A stretch of 64,000 bases of DNA from Eledone cirrhosa (lineage: Eukaryota). Below the pieces are notes generated by a model. It had not been told where the DNA came from and ran no database searches. It worked only from the letters and a program-made list of their open reading frames with translations. The DNA lies in NCBI GenBank assembly GCA_964016885.1, contig OZ024746.1, positions 98,270,001-98,334,000 on the forward strand. Direction: 5' to 3'. Made by a program: the position numbers and the translations under genes. This document shows positions 55,591 through 64,000 of the stretch, one piece after another; position 1 is the stretch's first letter; every line of letters starts with the position of its first letter.

Positions 55591-58288
55591 CTAATGTATT
55601 GGTACGCGATGGGGCCCACCCACAGCCCCGGCGGACAGAATGAAGAAGGCGTTTCCTCGGAGGACGGCAAGGAAGACGCGCTGGAAAAGCCACTCCAACT
55701 CGCGGGGCTCACACCTGCGGCTGGCCAGCTCGGCGCCTATGGTGGTGAGTAAGGAGGTAGCCCTGGGGCCGAGGACACCAGAAGTTTCCACTGCCAGGGG
55801 AACGACCGCAAACCTGTCGGAGAGCGACCGGTTTTTGAGGAGTTTGGCCCCCTCAGCCCGACGTGCAGCAGAACCTGTGTCAGTCGCAGACTGCACCAGG
55901 TTGCGGCTGCAGAAAGTGTCGGTGCAAGCGGCATCCCAGACGAGGGGTTTGCCACCGCGGAACGGGAAGATGGTCATGCCATCTGGCCTTTGACGTCAAC
56001 AGGGGAAGAAGGAGGAGGGACGTCTACTGGGCTAAGTCCCAGCCGGTCCCACGTCTCACGGGCGGCCTCACGTTCTCTGAACACAGAGGGTTCTGTTGTG
56101 TTTTGAAGAACCCTGCTGATGAGGACGCGGCACGAGGTTACCGACGAAAGATACGCCGGCAAAGCTAGTGAGATCGGGGACCGGAGGCCTAGGCCGCCAT
56201 ACCTGACCGGTAAAGTGGCCTGTTGCCACCCTATGTCGTCAAACTTGACGTTGCATATCCCCTCGGCTGCTGCTCGGATACAAGTATCGAGATCAGCGAG
56301 GAGAGATGTCTGGGTGTAGCATGGAGCGCTGTGGAGTGTATAGAGGAGCTTCGGCATGGCGAAGCAGTTCCTCAGCAGAAAGAGAGCTGGGTGGCCGTCA
56401 ATCAAACCCAGTCGGCTCGTGAGAGTCTGGAGCTGTTGAAGCCTGGACCTGATGGTGGATCGGATGGCCGGCGGGTGGATCGGTGACCCGAGGATGAAGA
56501 CATCCTCTTTGGGGGTCACCTGAACCTGGCGGAGAATGGACCGTACGTCCAAGACGGAGGCTGCAAAGCTCCCAGCATCGAGGCTGACGTTCACCACCTC
56601 CGACTTGGCCGAGTTAACCTGGAGGCCGATTCCCGCCAGGGCAGGAATCACCGATTGAAGGTCTTGGCAGACCGTCCGTACGGGCCCGCCCAACGTAACA
56701 TCATCCAGATACCAAACGTTGAGAGGGGCCGTGATACTCCGGGCGATGTGGTCAATAGCAAGGGCGAACAGGATGGGTCCCAAAAAGTCGCCCTGATGAA
56801 CCCCAGTAGCCGAGAGTATGACCGTATCAGCAGCTAGGAGCATGCTCGGGGCTCCATATGACAGGTAGGCCAGCGGGTAGGCAGAGGGGGCTCGGCCGAG
56901 GCAGGCCTCGAGCAGATGATCCCGGCGTAAAGAGTTAAAGGCATTCCTCATGTCAAGCTTGACATTGTGGTGCCTGGTGTCCCTGGATGCCGCTACCGAT
57001 GGGCAGCTGCTGAAGAACTGCCTGATTGCATGAGAGGTTCCCTCACAGCCACCGGACTCGCCGACACCCAGTTGCACCGGACTAAACTCCTCACCCAGTT
57101 CGTGTGTGATGGACTTGCAGATCACCTTGGCAGCCAGCCTCCGGAAGACATTGCCCACAGCAATGGGGCGTATGCCACCCTCCTTCTTCCTGAGAGCGGT
57201 GAGGCTGGCCGAAAAAAAGAGGCCTCGGGCGTAAGGGTCGAGGGCACCCTGAATGAGCCTATTGGTGAGCACCACAACTGCACTCAGAAAGCGGCGCCCG
57301 GCCTCAGCGGAGAGGGGGGATGTCAACTCCTTGAGGTGGCCTGGTCGGAGACCATCAACACCTCCGCAGCTGCTAGCTGGGAAGGACCTGATGGCGGACA
57401 TGATATCTGCATCAGTAGCCACAAGGACCAGTTGGGGGTTGGGTAGGGGTATGGGTCTGAGATAAGTGGGTGGCTCAGGGTATTTGAGCGGCAGAGCATC
57501 CAGGATCTCCTCGGTGGGTTGGAGGACAGTGTCCTCTGAGGCAACAACTCTGACTGCGGCAGAGACATCACCCATGATAAGCTTTGCGTTTTCCTGGTCA
57601 CGCAAACGCTTGGCGATGGCCTCGGGGGTGGAGGATAGGGGGTACCTGAAGGTGGGTTGTGAGGAGTCCCTGAGCACGCTTGGAATGGGCGCTCGCCCAA
57701 ATGACGAGACATTGGCCTTGACGAAGCCTGCTGTTGACCGGCCGCCCCGGTCAGCGCTAGAGCTGGGGAGGCCTAGGGCGAGTGGGCGAAATAAAACAGC
57801 CGCTTCCAGTCACTGGCTCGATTGGAGTCCAAGGCGCTCTCAATCGAGGAAGCGTGGGCATCGGATACCGGCACCCGTGCCGCTCTCGGGATCCTGAGTG
57901 GAATTTTCCGGAGCCGCCTGAGCCGTGCGATGTTGACCAGCGAGGCTTGGGCGTCAGGCAAGCCCGCTGTCCCATCAGGTGGTGTGCCAGACCGCAGTGG
58001 CTGCGAAGACGTGGGGAAGAGGCAGCTCCTGCACCTCCACACTGCGAGGGCATTGGAAGCTTGACGAGTCAAGCCAACGCAGGTGAGGTGGTGGAAGCAG
58101 CCGCACCCCAAACAGTTCCGGCCCCTCTTCCGTTTGCTAGTGGTGCCGCAAGTGCTGCAGGTGTCGATTTGGAGGGGTGGGGGATGAGGCATGGGGCCGG
58201 GGACTGATGCATCGAACGGCATCAGGGGTGGGTGGCTGGTGTGTGTGGGTGGAAGGGAAAGTGCTGGTATGAGGGCAGCATAGCTCAT
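55591..58288 (-). mobile_element. CRE-clade non-LTR retrotransposon, near full length (PHD finger - RT - restriction-like endonuclease), disrupted
   Basis: RT motifs GIRPIAVG, KLDMRNAFNS, GVHQGDFLGP and WYLDD. Endonuclease RPDG..LVWDA..PLAVETSG..LRGNA. N-terminal C4HC3 pattern. Confidence 0.92.
55974..57677 (-). pseudogene. CRE-like reverse transcriptase ORF (567 aa open frame)
   Basis: Intact RT motif series plus LPVRYGGLGL. The frame breaks before the endonuclease and upstream at about 57770. Confidence 0.88.
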
Positions 58289-58775
58289 CTATATATATGG
58301 AGGTGCCAGAAAACGAGAGCGAAAAGGGGCTGCATGGAGGGGGAGACACAGGATGGTAGAATGGCAGTAAATGAATGAGTAAATGGATGGATGTACACAA
58401 AAAAGGGGGGGGGGAGAAAACAAGGGGTTGTTCCCAGCGGAAAAACTCAGAGTTCAGCACGCACACATGCGAGCAACTGAGCAGTTTGTCATAGACGATA
58501 TTCTCAATGGACGCGCTTACAATATTTGAATACAACTGAACCGTCGTGTCAATTAATTTGAAAAGTGGAGTAAAGTAAAAGGAGAAAAGTGAATTTGGAG
58601 TCAATCCCTTGTGATTTTTTTTTTCCAATACCGGACTTTCAGTTTCCAGGATTTATACTCAATTTTTTTTTTTTTTTCCTTCAAAAGGATGGAGGCGTTT
58701 TATCTCCTCATGAAACTGACATTACTTAATGATATTCGTCATCATTGGCTTATTCATATGTATTATTTCATAACT

Positions 58776-58940
58776 CTTATGGGGTCGATAAAATAAAGTA
58801 CCAGTAAGGCACTGGGTAATTGCTGGCCTTGTGCCTAAAGTAGAAACAATTATTTCATAACTCTTACGGGGTCGATAAAATAAAGTACCAGTAATGTACT
58901 GGGTATTTGCTGGCCTTGTGCCTAAAGTAGAAACAATTAG
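58776..58940 (+). mobile_element. Two tandem SINE family A tails
   Basis: Core and tail repeated, with TTCATAACTCT occurring three times. Confidence 0.8.
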
Positions 58941-58961
58941 TTCATAACTCTATAGAACTAT

Positions 58962-59215
58962 TGTTGCTGCTGCTGCTGCTGCTGCTACTACTACTACTAC
59001 TGCTGCTACTACTATACCTACTACTACTACTGCTGCTACTACTATACCTACTACTACTACTACTGCTACTATACCTACTACTACTACTGCTGCTACTACT
59101 ATACCTACTACTACTACTACTGCTACTATACCTACTACTACTACTGCTGCTACTACTATACCTACTACTACTACTGCTACTATACCTACTACTACTACTG
59201 CTGCTACTACTATAC

Positions 59216-59251
<36 letters not shown>

Positions 59252-59555
59252 TACCTACTACTATTACTACTGTTACTACTATACCTACTACTACTACTAC
59301 TACTACTACTATTACTACTACTACTACTACTGCTGCTACTACTATACCTACTACTACTACTACTGCTACTATACCTACTACTACTACTGCTGCTACTACT
59401 ATACCTACTACTACTACTACTACTACTACTATACCTACTACTATTACTACTGTTACTACTATACCTACTACTACTACTACTACTACTATTACTACTACTA
59501 CTACTACTACTACTGCTGCTACTACTATACCTACTACTACTACTACTACTACTAT

Positions 59556-59587
<32 letters not shown>

Positions 59588-59670
59588 TACTACTACTATG
59601 CCTACTACTACTACTACTACTACCACTACTACTACTGCTGCTACTACTACTACTACTACTACTGCAACTG

Positions 59671-59702
<32 letters not shown>

Positions 59703-59709
59703 GCAACTG

Positions 59710-59741
<32 letters not shown>

Positions 59742-59748
59742 GCAACTG

Positions 59749-59780
<32 letters not shown>

Positions 59781-59796
59781 GCAACTGCTACTATAC

Positions 59797-59831
<35 letters not shown>

Positions 59832-59834
59832 GCA

Positions 59835-59872
<38 letters not shown>
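58962..59872. repeat. Complex (CTA)n/(CTG)n trinucleotide array with higher-order ATACCT units
   Basis: Direct reading. Confidence 0.95.
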
Positions 59873-60014
59873 AGCCGTTACTCGTGATCGAGTATGATGT
59901 GGTAGTATATACCATAGTTCCGTTAAGGGTTAGGTAGCCTTACTATCCCCAGTAAACACAGGCACCCTCTTCACTATTGCTTCCTCCCTATACAGCGTAA
60001 CTTCCAGAATGTGT

Positions 60015-60318
60015 GTGAGATAGAGAGGGGGTGAGAGAGAAAGAGAGAGATGGGGAGCAGAGACAGAGCAGGCAGAGAGGGGATAGCAGAAAGAGAGAGG
60101 GCAGAGAGAGAGTTGTGTGTGTGTGTGTGAGAGAGAGGGGAGGGGGAGCAGAGAGAAAGAGAGAGGGACGGAGAGAGAGAGATAGAAAGAGAGAGAGACA
60201 CACAGAAAGAGACAAAGTGAAAGAGAGAGGGACAGACAAAGAGAGAGAGAGACAGGCAGAAAGAGAGAGAGGCAGAGAGACAGACAGAGAGACAGAGAGA
60301 CAGACAGAGACAGAAAGA

Positions 60319-60376
<58 letters not shown>

Positions 60377-60428
60377 GAGAGAGAAAGGGAGGGAGAGAGA
60401 GGGGGGGGAGACAGACAGACAGACAGAC

Positions 60429-60499
<71 letters not shown>

Positions 60500-60524
60500 G
60501 AAAGGGAGGGAGAGAGAGAGGGGG

Positions 60525-60560
<36 letters not shown>

Positions 60561-60630
60561 GAGACAGAGAGAGAGAGACAGAGAGAGAGAGAGAGACAGA
60601 GAGACAGAGAGAGAGAGAGAGGGAGAGAGA
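60015..60630. repeat. (GA)n/(GACA)n purine-rich microsatellite
   Basis: Direct reading. Confidence 0.95.
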
Positions 60631-60724
60631 GTGTGTGTCCAGTGCTCTTACAACGCCTTTTAAGGAGACCAGTGAGAATTATTTTAGTTTTCATATGTAC
60701 GAAGTATTTTACGAAGTATAAAAT

Positions 60725-60920
60725 ATTGGTTTCTGATTTAAGAACAAGGCCAACAATTTTGAGGAGGTGAAAATCGATTAAATCGACCCCAGTGCATCAC
60801 TGGTGCTTTATTTTATCGACCCCGTACGGATGTAAAGAAAAAGCTAACCTCGGCGGGATTTGAACTCAGAACGCAAAGGGCCGTAACTCTATGCTGCTAA
60901 GCATGTTGTCCGATGCCTTG
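60725..60920 (-). mobile_element. SINE family A
   Basis: Tail, core and B-box. Confidence 0.85.
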
Positions 60921-61661
60921 GAGCAGGTAAAAAGTAAAACAGTATAAGTTCATTTTCGAAACCATAAGAGCTTTGTTTTTAGAGTCGCAGTTATGATACG
61001 GTTGAGAAGGAAATATGATATTTGAATATCATTTCTATGTATTCAATGACATTATATATTCGATTATATGTTCGTTCCACATAGAGAACTTAACCACTCC
61101 AGAACAACAAGCTAACATATTGGTTATTGTTTCAATTTATTGGCTTCACTAGAAACATAATCTCATGCCCTTTTAAAGCTCTCTTAGAAAAATACACTGA
61201 AACAATTTGCTAAAATGTGATTTATTTTCAAGTGGAAAGCGGAGTAGAAGGCAAGACTAGCTGCTAGTTAATACAGAAGCCATTATTAGGAAGATCTTTG
61301 TTGGAATTAAGTGATCTCAGATAGACTCTTGTAAACTAGTTTTTACTAGGAAGAAAGACAATCAGCATATGGTTGAGCGTAGAATATGTACATATAGTTA
61401 AAAGATATATAGATACTTGTAGTCAGGGCCGGATTTAATGGAGGGAAAAGGGTGTAATTGCCTCAGGCCCCTTGCAGTAGTGGGGCCTCGCCAGCGACGG
61501 CCGTAATAGTTTATTTGTGCCCTCAGCTGGGCTATTTTGTTTCAGTATGGTTAGAATTTTTGAATTTAATAGCACGTCTCCCTCCCTATCCTCCGGGGAA
61601 ATGCCTTACCTATTCTGTCTGTCCGGGCTGCGGAAAGTCCGTAGATCCCCATTTGCTCCTA

Positions 61662-61853
61662 ATAATTGTTTCTACTTTTGGCATAAGGCCAGCAATTACC
61701 CCAGTGTATTACTGGTGCTTAATTTTATCAACCCCCATAAAGATGAAAGAAAAAGTTAACCTCAGCGGGATTTGAACTAAAACTGTAAAGGGCCGTAACT
61801 CTATGCTGCAAAGCATGGAGTCCGACCCTCTACCGATACTGCCAATCCATCAC
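61662..61853 (-). mobile_element. SINE family A
   Basis: Full head to tail. Confidence 0.88.
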
Positions 61854-61904
61854 CATTTGCTCATAATTATGAGAGAATGGAGAGCGGGGGTGACGGAGGC
61901 CGTG

Positions 61905-62205
61905 TATTTATGTATTTATTGACATACAGCGTTTCTTGGGCATTTTTAAGTCTGGCGGACCCCATCCCTCTCCAGACCTGAGTACAGCAGATTTCTTCCA
62001 GAGAAAGTGAGAGAGAGAGGAAATACGAAAGAGATATAGAGGAAGAATTCACCCCAGTAATAGACTGGTACTTCTTTTATCGACCTCGAAAGGATGAAAG
62101 GCAAAGTTGACCTCGGCGGGATTTGAACTCAGAGATCAGAGATCCGGATTGAATACCATAAAGCATTCTACCCGACGTTCTAACGACTCTGACAATTCGT
62201 TGCCT
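61905..62205 (-). mobile_element. SINE family B
   Basis: Head, core and family B tail. Confidence 0.78.
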
Positions 62206-62460
62206 ACAGAAATACAGTTACGAAAGAGTTAATCTACAAAAATATAGGTAACAGTATTATATTTTTACACAGAATTATTCTGGAAGTCGTTTATTTCCAA
62301 AATGTCAAAAGTTATTTCATATATGAAACTATAATGTAATTCCAAACTTCTAGAAATACGTTTGGCAGCTGCTTTACCGGAATAACATCTATCATCCTAC
62401 CACGAGAGGTTTATCTGAAACGAGCGTTAGTTGAATAAACAGTACAGTATACGTTATATA

Positions 62461-62674
62461 ATGGTTTCTTATATAGGCACAAGGCCAGCAATTTCTGGGG
62501 AGGGAAAAGTCAATTAAATCAACCCCAGTGCGTGTCTGGTACTTTACTTTCATCCGTAAGGATGAAATACAAAGTTAACCTCGACGGGATTTGAACTCAG
62601 ATCATGAAGGGCCATAACTCTATGCTGCAAAGCATGGTGGCTGACGCTCTACCGATGCTGCCAATCCACTGCCC
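62461..62674 (-). mobile_element. SINE family A
   Basis: Full head to tail. Confidence 0.86.
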
Positions 62675-62806
62675 TGTGTATTTGTTATATACTAAAGTAG
62701 CGAAATAACAGAATAGTTAGAACATCTGATAGAATCTTTTGTGGTCTTCATTCCGGCTCTCTCAGTTATGAGAGTTCAAATTCCACCGAGTTTTCTCTCT
62801 CTCTAT

Positions 62807-62876
<70 letters not shown>

Positions 62877-62911
62877 CTCCCTTTCTATCTCTCTCTCTGT
62901 CTATCTATCTC

Positions 62912-62950
<39 letters not shown>

Positions 62951-62955
62951 ATCTA

Positions 62956-63033
<78 letters not shown>

Positions 63034-63124
63034 CCCTTTCTCTTTCTATCTCTCTATCTATCTATCTATCTATCTATCTCTATATATACATATATATACA
63101 AATTCTAGTACAGCATTAACGAAG

Positions 63125-63195
<71 letters not shown>

Positions 63196-63494
63196 AAAGA
63201 ATAGAGGTGTAACACACAAGATATTATATATTGGTAAACGGAATAGAAAATGCTGACAAATTGTTCACAGTTGAAAAATGGTTTAATTAGGAATAAAAGA
63301 GTATTAGTGATTGTATGGGTTAGTATTCAGTTGTGGTTTTAAGTTTTTAAGTTTTTACCGGTTGCGCATTTCTAAATGCTTTTCAAAATAATTTTGAGAT
63401 AGAGTGTCCGTGCTGTTTGCTCTGATCTGATTAGTTTTGGGAATTCTACCTGTTTTTATGTTGAAAAATCGGAAAATCTAATATATGTATTAAC

Positions 63495-63762
63495 TTGTTC
63501 AGGTTGTCGAGAACAATACATAGGCCAGACCAAAAACAGCCTCCGCCAACGCATGACTGTCCATAGATCCCAAATCAAAATACGGGAATACAGGAAAATA
63601 CCACTGAGTGAACACATTGATACCTGTGCCGCCCAAAATCATCCCAACTTCAGAATCTTTCCCCTCTACAAATTTAAAGATAATGCCACCCACACCCAGC
63701 GCATCAGCAAGGAATCTTACTTCATTAACAAATACGGACCCCGTCTAAACACTTCTCCCTAA
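63495..63762 (+). mobile_element. Penelope-like GIY-YIG endonuclease C-terminal fragment
   Basis: C..C.EQYIGQTKNSLRQRMTVHR..SEH..R..KE.YFI..P.LN. Confidence 0.82.
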
Positions 63763-63902
63763 GACGAACCCACAACATACACACGTCAACATACATACCT
63801 ACATCAGCACACATCTCTACCCACATATAAACACAATGACATACGTAAACACACATGGTCTATGGTGCAACACAAAAAAATATATGTGCATATATATATG
63901 TA

Positions 63903-63964
<62 letters not shown>

Positions 63965-64000
63965 ATATATGTATGTGTATATATATATAGTGAATATCAT

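Noticed and set aside
58950-60694. ORFs of 200-320 aa (poly-S/V/L/T, SL/RE repeats)
   Set aside because: These are translations of (CTA)n and (GA)n arrays with no domain content.
61424-61640. hAT MITE starting CAGGGCCGGATTT
   Set aside because: No convincing right TIR or TSD was found.

Overview
This is AT-rich, repeat-saturated eukaryotic DNA. The SINE repertoire and the abundant (TA)n/(CA)n/(GA)n tracts suggest an octopod cephalopod (inference). No complete host gene can be supported; the only host-gene-like signal is one candidate first exon on the minus strand near 31.35 kb. The window is a mosaic of mobile elements: more than 20 copies of one tRNA-derived SINE, two other SINE families, and decayed non-LTR retrotransposons (a near-full-length CRE-clade element with an N-terminal PHD finger, R4/Dong, L1/Tx1, RTE). 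It also holds several Penelope-like elements (PLEs) with GIY-YIG ORFs and inverted pseudo-LTRs inserted in (TA)n, hAT and Tc1/mariner MITEs, foldback elements and mini/microsatellites. The most interesting signal is a set of hammerhead ribozyme (HHR) motifs from several PLE-type families. One is a non-coding, inverted/tandem element at 50.3-53.1 kb whose four HHR copies all carry a non-canonical core (CAGAAGA instead of CUGANGA). Most ORFs in the supplied track are microsatellite artefacts. Boundaries were read by eye and are approximate.
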